Shown here: one piece after another, positions 25,110-38,192 of the stretch
Position numbering within the stretch: the stretch's first letter is position 1
How the letters are laid out: every line of letters starts with the position of its first letter
Source of the DNA: Eledone cirrhosa
Taxonomy: Eukaryota
NCBI GenBank assembly: GCA_964016885.1
Contig: OZ024740.1
Location: 421,228,001-421,292,000 of the forward strand
DNA length: 64,000 nt
Direction: 5' to 3'
Translations under genes and position numbers: made by a program
Notes under the pieces: model-generated
What the model saw: the letters and a program-made list of their open reading frames with translations, nothing else
Databases searched by the model: none
What the model was told of the DNA's origin: nothing

Positions 25110-25380
25110 ATGGAGGGTTTATGGTTTGTCTCGGAGACAAACAATATCCGACACGGGAGGACTCTCCAGATAGAGTTCTCCTTTTATGACTCTGTCACCA
25201 AGGTATGTTGAAAGCATGTCTCAGGAGTCTTGTGTAAGATCCATTTAGTCTTTTTTCAAGGGTTTTATTAAGTGTTGATGCTTCCAACCTGTAGAGTAAC
25301 ACACTTTCAACTGTGGCTTTGAAGAGCATTCACTTTAGTCTCCTCGAGAGAGATGATTGCCAAATTTTTGAGCCATTGTT
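25110..25380 (-). mobile_element. RTE-like LINE C-terminal fragment
   Basis: KIWQSSLSRRLK*MLFKATVESVLLY..LEKRLNGSYTRLLRHAFNIPW. Confidence 0.7.
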
Positions 25381-25454
25381 ACTTCATGATGAAATCTATC
25401 AGTATCAGGAACAAAAAAGAAAGAATGCTACATAAAAAATATATTTCCTTTACA

Positions 25455-25460
25455 TTTATT
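25455..25460 (-). promoter_or_regulatory. Candidate WDR19 polyadenylation signal AATAAA (alternatives at ~25636-25646)
   Basis: TTTATT on + strand about 0.4-0.6 kb past the stop; AT-rich context makes this weak. Confidence 0.3.
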
Positions 25461-26035
25461 TTCAAATATTTTTACAACAAAACCCAGAACAATAAATCAA
25501 CAACTTGAAAATGTTACGAAATAGTTATTAAAATAAAATATTGTTTTAACATCTTGTGTATCTGACTGTATTCCAAGATGATCAATGCTCATTTATGAAG
25601 AAGTACTCAATACAAGAACATTTTTTACACTATATTTTATTTTATTCTTATCGGCTTTTTGACAAAAAGCATGAATATTTCTGAATATTTTTGAAAGTTT
25701 TGAAACTGAGTTTTGTTTTTATAATTCCAATAGATTAAAACATGTTAATGAGTTCTTCTCACTCAAGAAAGGATTATTAAGTGTAGGGTATTGTGTTGGA
25801 ATATAATATTGTTAAAAAGCCAACATGTTGGTCAAACACATAAGCAGAAGAGTAACCAGAATATTGTTTCTAGAGTAGAAGATACCCGGTTTTTCTTGAG
25901 CTTAATTTGAAATAATAAATCCTTCCTAGGTTATATTTAGGATGATTTTTTTTTACACAAATTTCCTGATGGAGATATTTTCATCTTAGATGCTTTTTAA
26001 TGATGGACGGACTGGTGTGCAGAAGATGCTGCTTC

Positions 26036-26150
26036 TTAATCAATGCCTTGTGATGAAGGAAGAAATACTTTTGGGTCAGTACTTAAGCTGAGCTCATTTC
26101 TTGAAACATTTTCACCACACATAGGACATTTGTCTTCTGATTCCAGCAAT
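26036..26150 (-). CDS. WDR19: WDR19/IFT144 last coding exon: (K)LLESEDKCPMCGENVSRNELSLSTDPKVFLPSSQGID*
   Basis: AG acceptor at 26151-26152, phase matches the previous exon, CPMC motif of the IFT144 C-terminus, TAA at 26036-26038. Confidence 0.92.
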
Positions 26151-26214
26151 CTAGAAATTTAAGAAATAAAAATTTTTTTTTTTTAAATCCGAATGTAACA
26201 GTCTAAAAATAGCC

Positions 26215-26378
26215 AACAAAACAACCCCAGTGTATTAATGGTACTTTATTTTATCGACCTCATAAGGATTAAAGATAAAGTTAACCTCGACGGGATTTTA
26301 ACTCAAACCGTAAAGGGGCGTAACTATGCTAGAAAGCATGGCATCCTTCCCTCTACTGATACTGCCAATTCACCGTCC
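26215..26378 (-). mobile_element. SINE of a second family (similar copies at ~60650-60808 minus and degenerate ~36090-36200 plus)
   Basis: Shared core ggtacttt.attttatcgacctc..aaggat.aaag.caaag...acct.gg.gggattt.aactca with tRNA-like boxes on the minus strand. Confidence 0.7.
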
Positions 26379-26695
26379 TGAGAAAATAATATATATGAAA
26401 TAATAATATATATGAAATTTTATTTTGATTTTCATTTGTTTTAAACAATAATATGTTTTATGGCATAAATCAGAAGAGAAAAGAGATGTAGGCCCACATG
26501 GTATGGAGGAGCGTTCACTGGTTGGAACCCAAGTGTAGGTTGCCTGGTGGTTTCAGTGGACAGAATAGAGAAAATGTTGCCCCAGAGAGATAGCGAGGGT
26601 AACATATTGGGATAGCTCCTCCAACTCACAGGGTTCACTGAAACATTAACCAGCAACAAAATATACGCAAAAGCTGACTGTACAGTTATAAAGGT

Positions 26696-26922
26696 TTAAC
26701 ACATTAGCATTTAAACCGGCTATATCTGGCCAGAATTTTCTCACCTCTTTCTGTTCAAACTGGCTGTAACTGACCACTCATACTGATGTTAAGGTATTGT
26801 TGTCAAAATAAATAACATCAAAATCTCATAGATTCGATATTGTGAGATAATTATGTGAGGTAAAGCCTTTTCCATGAAAATATAACAGTATATATAGAGT
26901 AATGTAAATGCTAAAGGGTTAA
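26696..26922. mobile_element. piggyBac-type MITE
   Basis: TTAA on both sides; TIR-like (c)acattagcattta / taaatgctaaaggg; second copy at 29269-29706. Confidence 0.75.
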
Positions 26923-27130
26923 TGCTACAAAGAATGATTAGAAAAGTTTTGAATATTTTTGTTATGTCCTGTACACAAAACCCCATGTAAAGATAGGCTT
27001 GAAACATTAAGTCCTAACATCTGACTTACTAAAATATACACAAAAGCTGACTGTACAGTTATGAAGGTTTAAAAAAATTTGAAAGAATCTTAAAAATGTG
27101 CCAAGTAGAATATTTATCTTTTTTTCTTAC

Positions 27131-27207
27131 TTTATATATTCTGAGTAAAGTGCTGGGAACTGACATTTTGGACATGCTGTCAGATTTTCTTTAGTAATAT
27201 GGCAACC
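27131..27207 (-). CDS. WDR19: WDR19 exon: GCHITKENLTACPKCQFPALYSEYI(K)
   Basis: 77 bp, AG/GT flanks, matches the IFT144 CPxCxFPALYSE motif. Confidence 0.95.
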
Positions 27208-27677
27208 CTGACAAGAGAGAGAGAGATAGAATAATAAATAAAAACAAAATAAAAATAGTAATATAATTGATTCCCCAAAATGACATAAGGTCAAAACATC
27301 AACAAAACTAACAAAAACAAATATATTTTCTCAAACCTAAGTTTTTCAGAGCCAAACTGCAAAAGGAAGATTATTCTTAAATCTTCTTGTAGTCATTCTA
27401 CAGAACAAAACCAGAAGTGTTATGTTACCTGGCTATTCATGTGATCTAGTTAGGGGATTTTATTTATTTATTTTTTAGAAAAGAAATTCCTATACTCTCC
27501 CCACCAGTATTGGCAGAAACTATCCATAACAGTTCATGTATATTTGCCAGTTCTAGTAAATAAATTACTGACTTCTCAGTATATTTTAGTATCAAACATA
27601 AAATACTGTTTACACATCAGTAATGTGTTTGATAAAATACTTAGTGACTAAATGGGTTCATAACATTGAGTGCTAAC

Positions 27678-27843
27678 TACAAGGGTAGGTTGAACTTTCA
27701 TAGGCTGACTATGAAGGAGTGATGTTAGAGCTGTGAAATCTTGCATACATTAATTTTTTTCAACTCTTCTTATCAATAACTGCATTTGGTCATTCCATGA
27801 GAGTATCTTGGTAAGCCTATGAACCTCTCAGCCGACCATCATA
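27678..27843. mobile_element. mariner-type MITE (other copies ~29080-29248 partial and 61252-61453)
   Basis: TA-flanked TIRs gagggt.ggctgaaaagttcataggctgac / gtcagcctatgaacttttcagccgaccctc. Confidence 0.8.
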
Positions 27844-27944
27844 TCAATGGTGTTATGAATTCAAACTAGTTTTATTATGTCTAAATCACAGAACTCACTT
27901 TATTGGCTCCAGTATACCAAACCATACCCTCTACAATATTCTGT

Positions 27945-28463
27945 TCAGAGATGTGCAACCAAGCGAATACCCTCCATCAGGCATCTACCATACTCTGAAT
28001 GCCTTGCTTCCCTGGGCATGAATACATTGAAGCTCTGACGTCTGGCAACTGACTTGGTAAACACCCACAAAATTAACCATGTTGCCAACAACAACTCTGA
28101 GCACCTTTTTGAATTCCATATATCTAATACCTGTGGACATGTCTACAAAGCCAGAAAACAGCACAGCTCCCATGACTTTTGGAAACATTTTTCCATGCTC
28201 AGAGTTGCTGAGGCATGGAACAAACTACCTGCATCAGTTATTAGCTGTTGGGACACTGCATCCTTTAAAACCTCCATGCTTCCTGAGATTCGCCAACACT
28301 CCACCTAATATTCCCCCTCCATACACACACACACATGTATATCATGACTCATACACTATTCACTTCCCTGACATTTGTATATTATTCTATGTACTATACA
28401 TGTACCTTTGATGTGTTGTAGTGCACCTGAGCACTGTACACAATAATTTTATTATTATTATTA
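27945..28463 (+). mobile_element. CR1-group LINE 3' fragment
   Basis: Closely similar to 21640-22185; RVAEAWNKLPASV..TASFK; (ATT)n tail. Confidence 0.88.
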
Positions 28464-28548
28464 AGTAAATCTGAACAATCCCCTCCCCTACACCACAACA
28501 ACCCCTGCCCACCAATGTTAAGAATGGAAAACAAAGGAAATCTCTTAC

Positions 28549-28672
28549 CGTAGCTATACAATATGGAATATTCATCTTACAGTCAGGACATACTAACAGA
28601 GTTTCTGGAATTGAAGATTGGCAAAACGGACAAGAACTCAACAATTCCTCTTCTTCGGATTTATCTCGTTTC
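28549..28672 (-). CDS. WDR19: WDR19 exon: (R)KRDKSEEEELLSSCPFCQSSIPETLLVCPDCKMNIPYCIAT
   Basis: 124 bp, AG/GT flanks, CPFC..CPxC..IPYCIAT motif of IFT144. Confidence 0.96.
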
Positions 28673-28717
28673 CTAAAAGTACAAAAGTAAATATAATGGA
28701 TTTAAGGAATAGTGAAT

Positions 28718-29082
28718 GTATAGTGGTGGTGGTGGTGGTGGTGGAGGTGACGATAATGGTGATAGTGGTAATGGTGTTAGTGATGGTGGCGGTGATGGTG
28801 GTGATGGTGGTGGTAGTGATGGTGGTAGTGATGGTGGTGATGGTGGCGGTGATGGTGGTGGTGGTGGTGGTAGTGGTGGTGGCGATGATGGTGGTGATGG
28901 CAGTGGTGGTGGTGATGATGGTGATGGTGATAGTGATGGTAGTGGTGGTGGTGATGGTGATGGTGATAGTGGTGGTAGTGGTGGTAGTTGTGATGGTGGT
29001 AATGTTGGTAGTGATGGTGGCGATGATGGCGGTGGTGATGATGGTGGCAGTGGTGATGATAGTGGTGGTGGTAATGGTGATG
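28718..29082. repeat. (GGT/GAT)n trinucleotide repeat; similar tract at 36515-36692
   Basis: Visible periodicity; gives spurious poly-H/V/G/D ORFs. Confidence 0.95.
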
Positions 29083-29268
29083 AGGGTTGGCTGAATAGTT
29101 CATAGGCTGACTATGAAGGAGTGATGCTAAAGCCATGAAATCTTGTATGCATTAATTTCAACTCTTCTTATTAATAACTGCATTGTTTCTTTCCAGGGAC
29201 TATGTTGAAAAATAAACCTCATTTGGTCATTCCATGAGAGTATCTTGGCCCTTGTACCAGTCATCAGT

Positions 29269-29706
29269 TTAACCCTTTAGCATTTAAACTGGCCATATCC
29301 GGCCAAAATTCTCTCTCCTCTTTCTGTTCAAACCAGCTGTAACTGGCCATTCATACCGACATTAAGGTATTGTTCTCAAAGTAAATAATATCAAAATCTC
29401 ATAGATTCGATATTATGTGACATAATGAAGTAAGATAAAGATAAAGCCTTTACCACAAAATACAATAGTATATATAGAGTAATGTAAATGTTATGGGAGA
29501 TATGTGAGGTAAAGCCTTTACCACAAAATACAATAGTATATATAGAGTAATGTAAATGCTATGGGAGATATGTGAGGTAAAGCCTTTACCACAAAATACA
29601 ATAGTATATATAGAGTAATGTAAATGCTATGGGAGATATGTGAGGTAAAGCCTTTACCACAAAATACAATAGTATATATAGAGTAATGTAAATGCTAACA
29701 GGTTAA
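29269..29706. mobile_element. piggyBac-type MITE with its right end amplified as 4 x 68-bp tandem copies
   Basis: TTAA-ccctttagcattta ... taaatgctaacagg-TTAA; aaagcctttacc at 29443, 29511, 29579 and 29647. Confidence 0.78.
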
Positions 29707-29999
29707 CATAAGACAAACCTGTTGTAAACCAGAACAAAATATCTCATTTTAAGCAACCATCTTTCTTCTTCTTACAATTATTTCCTGTCATTTATATTGT
29801 CACAAATGAAACAAATGTCACATCAAATGGTAACTAATTCAATTTCAAGAGAATATTAACAAACTTTTCTTCACAACATTCCAGAACATTCTCAAATTAT
29901 TAAGAATTCACGTCAGACACTAATAATCTAAATTGATGTGTCAAAATGTTAAACTAACATTTAAATTATCTGTGTTAAAACTTGACTTTAAAGAAAAAC

Positions 30000-30380
30000 A
30001 TGTATGTGTGTACGTCTGTGTATGTGTGTGTGTATGTATGTAAGTGTGTATTTGTAAGTCTGTGTATGTATGTGTGTAGGTCTGTGTATGTATGTAAGTG
30101 TGTAGATCTGTGTATGTAAGTTATGCATATGTGTGTGTAAGTCTATGTATGTGTGTGTAAGTCCGTGTATGTATGTAAGTGTATGTATGTAAGTGTGTAA
30201 GCCTGTGTATGTATGTGTGTAAGTGTGTGTATGTCTGAGCATGTGTGTTTGTGTATGTGTGTATGTATGGTTGTGTGTACATGCGAAGGTCTCTCTGGAT
30301 GAATGACGTATGTAAAAGAAACCATGTGTGTTGTGTGTGTGTGTGTTGTGTACGTGAGAGTATGTTGTGTGTGTGTCTTT
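30000..30380. repeat. Compound (TG/TA)n simple repeat; others at 41121-41540 and 43400-43620
   Basis: Visible low complexity. Confidence 0.9.
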
Positions 30381-30496
30381 ATTACCATAATCACCATCAC
30401 CAGATAATGTCTATTTTCCACGTTTGAATGAGTTAGACTGGCTGTCACTTACTGACACAGACTTTTCAGGAACTAAGTCTTGCTTGTAACTGTTTG

Positions 30497-33400
30497 GGCT
30501 TGGTTTCTACGGTTGGATGTCCTTCCTAACACCCACCACTTCACAGTGTGGACTGGACTGGGAGCTTGGTTTCTACGGCTGGATGTCCTTCCTAACACCC
30601 ACCACTTCACAGTGTGGACTGGACTGGGAGCTTGGTTTCTACGGTTGGATGTCCTTCCTAACACCCACCACTTCACAGTGTGGACTGGACTGGGAGCTTG
30701 GTTTCTACGGCTGGATGTCCTTCCTAACACCCACCACTTCACAGTGTGGACTGGACTGGGAGCTTGGTTTCTACGGCTGGATGTCCTTCCTAACACCCAC
30801 CACTTCACAGTGTGGACTGGACTGGGAGCTTGGTTTCTACGGTTGGATGTCCTTCCTAACACCCACCACTTCACAGTGTGGACTGGACTGGGAGCTTGGT
30901 TTCTACGGCTGGATGTCCTTCCTAACACCCACCACTTTACTGTGTGGACTGGACTGGGAGCTTGGTTTCTACGGCTGGATGTCCTTCCTAACACCCACCA
31001 CTTCACAGTGTGGACTGGACTGGGAGCTTGGTTTCTACGGCTGGATGTCCTTCCTAACACCCACCACTTTACTGTGTGGACTGGACTGGGAGCTTGGTTT
31101 CTACGGCTGGATGTCCTTCCTAACACCCACCACTTCACAGTGTGGACTGGACTGGGAGCTTGGTTTCTACGGCTGGATGTCCTTCCTAACACCCACCACT
31201 TCACAGTGTGGACTGGACTGGGAGCTTGGTTTCTACGGCTGGATGTCCTTCCTAACACCCACCACTTTACTGTGTGGACTGGACTGGGAGCTTGGTTTCT
31301 ACGGTTGGATGTCCTTCCTAACACCCACCACTTCACAGTGTGGACTGGACTGGGAGCTTGGTTTCTATGGCTGGATGTCCTTCCTAACACCCACCACTTC
31401 ACAGTGTGGACAGGACTGGGAGCTTGGTTTCTATGGCTGGATGTCCTTCCTAACACCCACCACTTCACAGTGTGGACTGGACTGGGAGCTTGGTTTCTAT
31501 GGCTGGATGTCCTTCCTAACACCCACCACTTCACAGTGTGGACTGGACTGGGAGCTTGGTTTCTATGGCTGGATGTCCTTCCTAACACCCACCACTTCAC
31601 AGTGTGGACTGGACTGGGAGCTTGGTTTCTACGGCTGGATGTCCTTCCTAACACCCACCACTTTACTGTGTGGACTGGACTGGGAGCTTGGTTTCTATGG
31701 CTGGATGTCCTTCCTAACACCCACCACTTCACAGTGTGGACTGGACTGGGAGCTTGGTTTCTACGGCTGGATGTCCTTCCTAACACCCACCACTTTACTG
31801 TGTGGACTGGACTGGGAGCTTGGTTTCTATGGCTGGATGTCCTTCCTAACACCCACCACTTCACAGTGTGGACTGGACTGGGAGCTTGGTTTCTACGGCT
31901 GGATGTCCTTCCTAACACCCCCCACTTTACTGTGTGGACTGGACTGGGAGCTTGGTTTCTACGGCTGGATGTCCTTCCTAACACCCACCACTTTACTGTG
32001 TGGACTGGACTGGGAGCTTGGTTTCTATGGCTGGATGTCCTTCCTAACACCCACCACTTCACAGTGTGGACTGGACTGGGAGCTTGGTTTCTACGGCTGG
32101 ATGTCCTTCCTAACACCCACCACTTTACTGTGTGGACTGGACTGGGAGCTTGGTTTCTACGGCTGGATGTCCTTCCTAACACCCACCACTTTACTGTGTG
32201 GACTGGACTGGGAGCTTGGTTTCTACGGCTGGATGTCCTTCCTAACACCCCCCACTTTACTGTGTGGACTGGACTGGGAGCTTGGTTTCTACGGCTGGAT
32301 GTCCTTCCTAACACCCACCACTTTACTGTGTGGACTGGACTGGGAGCTTGGTTTCTATGGCTGAATGTCCTTCCTAACACCCACCACTTCACAGTGTGGA
32401 CTGGACTGGGAGCTTGGTTTCTACGGCTGGATGTCCTTCCTAACACCCCCCACTTTACTGTGTGGACTGGACTGGGAGCTTGGTTTCTACGGCTGGATGT
32501 CCTTCCTAACACCCACCACTTCACAGTGTGGACTGGACTGGGAGCTTGGTTTCTATGGCTGGATGTCCTTCCTAACACCCACCACTTCACAGTGTAGACT
32601 GGACTGGGAGCTTGGTTTCTACGGCTGGATGTCCTTCCTAACAGCCACCACTTCACAATGTGGACTGGACTGGGAGCTTGGTTTCTACGGCTGGATGTCC
32701 TTCCTAACACCCACCACTTTACTGTGTGGACTGGACTGGGAGCTTGGTTTCTACGGTTGGATGTCCTTCCTAACACCCACCACTTTACAGTGTGGACTGG
32801 ACTGGGAGCTTGGTTTCTACAGCTGGATGTCCTTCCTAACACCCACCACTTTACTGTGTGGACTGGACTGGGAGCTTGGTTTCTACGGCTGGATGTCCTT
32901 CCTAACACCCACCACTTCACAGTGTGGACTGGACTGGGAGCTTGGTTTCTATGGCTGGATGTCCTTCCTAACACCCACCACTTCACAGTGTGGACTGGAC
33001 TGGGAGCTTGGTTTCTACGGCTGGATGTCCTTCCTAACACCCACCACTTTACTGTGTGGACTGGACTGGGAGCTTGGTTTCTACGGCTGGATGTCCTTCC
33101 TAACACCCACCACTTCACAGTGTGGACTGGACTGGGAGCTTGGTTTCTATGGCTGGATGTCCTTCCTAACACCCACCACTTCACAGTGTGGACTGGACTG
33201 GGAGCTTGGTTTCTATGGCTGGATGTCCTTCCTAACACCCCCCACTTTACTGTGTGGACTGGACTGGGAGCTTGGTTTCTACGGCTGGATGTCCTTCCTA
33301 ACACCCACCACTTTACAGTGTGGACTGGACTGGGAGCTTGGTTTCTACGGCTGGATGTCCTTCCTAACACCCACCACTTCACAGTGTGGACTGGACTGGG

Positions 33401-35865
33401 AGCTTGGTTTCTACGGCTGGATGTCCTTCCTAACACCCACCACTTTACAGTGTGGACTGGACTGGGAGCTTGGTTTCTACGGCTGGATGTCCTTCCTAAC
33501 ACCCACCACTTTACTGTGTGGACTGGACTGGGAGCTTGGTTTCTATGGCTGGATGTCCTTCCTAACACCCACCACTTCACAGTGTGGACTGGACTGGGAG
33601 CTTGGTTTCTATGGCTGGATGTCCTTCCTAACACCCACCACTTCACAGTGTGGACTGGACTGGGAGCTTGGTTTCTACGGCTGGATGTCCTTCCTAACAC
33701 CCACCACTTCACAGTGTGGACTGGACTGGGAGCTTGGTTTCTATGGCTGGATGTCCTTCCTAACACCCACCACTTTACTGTGTGGACTGGACTGGGAGCT
33801 TGGTTTCTATGGCTGGATGTCCTTCCTAACACCCACCACTTTACTGTGTGGACTGGACTGGGAGCTTGGTTTCTACGGCTGGATGTCCTTCCTAACACCC
33901 ACTACTTCACAGTGTGGACTGGACTGGGAGCTTGGTTTCTACGGCTGGATGTCCTTCCTAACACCCACCACTTTACTGTGTGGACTGGACTGGGAGCTTG
34001 GTTTCTATGGCTGGATGTCCTTCCTAACACCCACCACTTTACTGTGTGGACTGGACTAGGAGCTTGGTTTCTACGGCTGGATGTCCTACCTAACACCCAC
34101 CACTTTACAGTGTGGACTGGACTGGGAGCTTGGTTTCTACGGCTGGATGTCCTTCCTAACACCCACCACTTCACAGTGTGGACTGGACTGGGAGCTTGGT
34201 TTCTACGGCTGGATGTCCTTCCTAACACCCACCACTTTACTGTGTGGACTGGACTGGGAGCTTGGTTTCTATGGCTGGATGTCCTTCCTAACACCCACCA
34301 CTTTACTGTGTGGACTGGACTGGGAGCTTGGTTTCTACGGCTGGATGTCCTTCCTAACACTCACCACTTCACAGTGTGGACTGGACTGGGAGCTTGGTTT
34401 CTACGGCTGGATGTCCTTCCTAACACCCACCACTTTACTGTGTGGACTGGACTGGGAGCTTGGTTTCTACGGCTGGATGTCCTTCCTAACACCCACCACT
34501 TTACTGTGTGGACTGGACTGGGAGCTTGGTTTCTACGGCTGGATGTCCTTCCTAACACCCACCACTTTACTGTGTGGACTGGACTGGGAGCTTGGTTTCT
34601 ACGGCTGGATGTCCTTCCTAACACCCACCACTTCACAGTGTGGACTGGACTGGGAGCTTGGTTTCTACGGCTGGATGTCCTTCCTAACACCCACCACTTC
34701 ACAGTGTGGACTGGACTGGGAGCTTGGTTTCTATGGCTGGATGTCCTTCCTAACACCCACCACTTTACTGTGTGGACTGGACTGGGAGCTTGGTTTCTAT
34801 GGCTGGATGTCCTTCCTAACACCCACCACTTTACAGTGTGGACTGGACTGGGAGCTTGGTTTCTATGGCTGGATGTCCTTCCTAACACCCACCACTTTAC
34901 TGTGTGGACTGGACTGGGAGCTTGGTTTCTACGGCTGGATGTCCTTCCTAACACCCACCACTTTACTGTGTGGACTGGACTGGGAGCTTGGTTTCTACGG
35001 CTGGATGTCCTTCCTAACACCCACCACTTTACTGTGTGGACTGGACTGGGAGCTTGGTTTCTACGGCTGGATGTCCTTCCTAACACCCACCACTTCACAA
35101 TGTGGACTGGACTGGGAGCTTGGTTTCTACGGCTGGATGTCCTTCCTAACACCCACCACTTTACCGTGTGGACTGGACTGGGAGCTTGGTTTCTACGGCT
35201 GGATGTCCTTCCTAACACCCACCACTTCACAGTGTGGACTGGACTGGGAGCTTGGTTTCTATGGCTGGATGTCCTTCCTAACACCCACCACTTCACAGTG
35301 TGGACTGGACTGGGAGCTTGGTTTCTACGGCTGGATGTCCTTCCTAACACCCACCACTTCACAGTGTGGACTGGACTGGGAGCTTGGTTTCTATGGCTGG
35401 ATGTCCTTCCTAACACCCACCACTTTACTGTGTGGACTGGACTGGGAGCTTGGTTTCTATGGCTGGATGTCCTTCCTAACACCCACCACTTTACAGTGTG
35501 GACTGGACTGGGAGCTTGGTTTCTATGGCTGGATGTCCTTCCTAACACCCACCACTTTACAGTGTGGACTGGACTGGGAGCTTGGTTTCTATGGCTGGAT
35601 GTCCTTCCTAACACCCACCACTTCACAGTGTGGACTGGACTGGGAGCTTGGTTTCTACGGCTGGATGTCCTTCCTAACACCCACCACTTTACAGTGTGGA
35701 CTGGACTGGGAGCTTGGTTTCTACGGCTGGATGTCCTTCCTAACACCAACCACTTCACAGTGTGGACTGGACTGGGAGCTTGGTTTCTACGGTTGGATGT
35801 CCTTCCTAACACCCACCACTTTACAGTGTGGACTGGACTGGGAGCTTGGTTTCTACGGCTGGATG
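30497..35865. repeat. 66-bp tandem satellite, ~81 copies, derived from the SINE/RTE 3' tail; inside a WDR19 intron
   Basis: Unit gcttggtttctacggctggatgtccttcctaacacccaccacttcacagtgtggactggactggga; matches dispersed single copies at ~20897-20955, 44248-44305 and 62378-62435. Confidence 0.97.
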
Positions 35866-36571
35866 AAGAATAGGGGGAGGAAGGCTATGAGTATGAGGGA
35901 TAGTAGGGCTAGGGGAATTGATGAAAAACTGGGAGTGGTGGGGCATAGGTTGGACAGGAAGGTGAATCAAAGAAGGCTTGCACTAGCTTTCCGTACTGGC
36001 ATGGGTTTCACAAAGAAGGTGGAGTGAAGGGTGTGGTTGGGGTGGGGTGGCTGATAGTGGAGGGGTTAAGCAAGGAAACCTGGAATATACTGGCAGACAT
36101 GGAAGAACCTTGAAGTATTGTACTCTGAGTTACATATCTTTACACTAAGGTCTACTTGCCTTTCATCTCTTTACAAGACCAATAAATTGACCAGTGGACA
36201 AAAATACTTTTTGGCTAATATGTAAAATAAAGGGTCAAGATAATTCTTATTTGCATTAAGGGTATGACAACATCTCTAGTGTTGGTGAACTACATGATAA
36301 ATACACCCAGTAAACTTAGTGGTTGCTGACAGGAAGGGCATCCAGCCAAGCAAAGGATGAGGAAGACCCTTCAGCTGTGTCAAAGATATGACAACTTCCC
36401 TAATCCTGGTGCCAAAATATGATGTAAGGTTCTATGTCAGGACTCTGGTCCACCTGGATATCCAAGGTTCCGTGATGACATGTCCAGCCTTTGGTAGCAG
36501 GGATAACAGATGTTAAATAATGGTGGTGATGATGAGGAGGGGGAGGAGGAGAATGGTGATGGTGATGATGG

Positions 36572-36614
<43 letters not shown>

Positions 36615-36774
36615 AGTGGTGGTGCTGATGATGGTGGTGATGATGGTGATGATGATGATAATGGTGGTGGTGGTAGTGAGGATGATGGTGATATATAATT
36701 ATCTAGAAACATTGAAGGCAATGTACTAGGATGACCAGTAAAATAAAATATAAAAATAAAACCCAGTTCTTTAC

Positions 36775-36925
36775 CGTACAATCCCTTCAATTTTTTTCTT
36801 TAATTTTGGATCAATTTCTCTTTGGTATTCATCTCTGAGCAGCATGGCAGCATAACTAAAGGAAGAATTACGTAACCCAGCACGATGGCACTGAATCACT
36901 GTGGTGGTGAGAATGGGGATAATAT
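36775..36925 (-). CDS. WDR19: WDR19 exon: (H)[49 protein letters not shown](R)
   Basis: 151 bp, AG/GT flanks, strong similarity to IFT144 (PILTSTVIECHRAGL..SAF.FAAML). Confidence 0.97.
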
Positions 36926-36949
36926 CTGAAAATGGTAACAGAAAAATAA

Positions 36950-37700
36950 CATTTTAATGTAAATCTTGGGTACACATGAGATGTAGTGGGATAATGGGTA
37001 GACTAACAGGAAGGGAAGACTTTGTAGAAGATGCACAGGGGTAATCAAGGGGAAGAGTGCCAGTGATGTAAACCTATTCCAGTCACAGGAAGGACCCATA
37101 GAAGTTGTTGATAGCTTCTGTTATCTAGGTGACTTAATTAGCAGCAGAGGAAGGTGCTCTGAAAGCATAATAGCTAGAATAAGAATAGGATAGAAAAAGT
37201 TCAGAGAGCTACTCCCACTGTCAACCACAAAAGGTTTCTCCCTACGCACAAAGGGACGACTGTATGACGCCTGCATGTGAAGCGTGATGCTGCATAGTAG
37301 TGAAACATGGGCTGTGACTGTGGAGGACATGTTTAGACTGGAGAGAAGTGAAGCAACCATGCTTTGTTGGATGTGCAATGTAAGTATGAGAGAAAGTCAC
37401 AGCTTGGATGAGCTGAGGGAGAAACTGAGTTTAAGAGGAATCTGAAGTGGTGTGCAGGAGAGAAGACAGCATTGGTATGGACATGTGATGCACATGAATA
37501 ATGATTGCTGGGTGAAGAAGTGCCAGGAAATCCAAATAGAAGGAAGCTGCAGTAGAGGTTGACCAAGGATGGCCTGGGCAGAGGTGGTGAGAGCTGACCT
37601 CAAATCACTGAGACTCACAGAAGAGATGATGAAGGAATGCAATGCCATGATGAGAAGGACCTGTCTAACCCATGCAAGCATCATGATGATGATAATGAAG
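36950..37700 (+). mobile_element. RTE LINE 3' portion with (ATG)n tail
   Basis: IEVVDSFCYLGDLI..GRLYDAC..MLHSSETWAV..WYGHV; multiple stops. Confidence 0.88.
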
Positions 37701-38192
37701 ATAGCTAGATAGATTAATAGATCGTTTGATGGATTTATAGGTAACTCTGATCCCAACATGGCGATGCATTCAATTAAAACAAAAATAATATAAACTATAA
37801 ATCAAAAAGAATAAACCCCACAAAAAAAAATATATATATATGCACACACACACAAACATATATGGCATAGACATACAATACAACAGGAGGAACATAATAG
37901 CACCACTGATGATGTTGCAGATGTGCAACGAAAGAACTTTGTTAGACTATATATATGTCTTTATATATATATTTATATCTGTATTTTTGACTGTTGGTCA
38001 GTCAATGGTAACATTGAGGACCGAATAAATTAACTGTGGAGATATAAAAGATACAGAAGCGAAAACCAACCAAACAGTGAGTGTGTTCTGTTATTATTTC
38101 TGGCAATATTATTACAATATGACCCTCCCCAAGTATAACAATATATATATATATATATTGGAAAATATGTGAGATCCTTGGTACAGTTAGGT

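Noticed and set aside
28618-29136. Poly-His/Gly/Val ORFs (also 36437-36790)
   Set aside because: Trinucleotide microsatellite within WDR19 introns; flanking exons splice in frame without it.
30473-36027. Very long ORFs (up to 1141 aa) on both strands
   Set aside because: Consequence of a stop-free 66-bp unit derived from a non-coding retroposon tail; no unique termini, no credible start or splice context.
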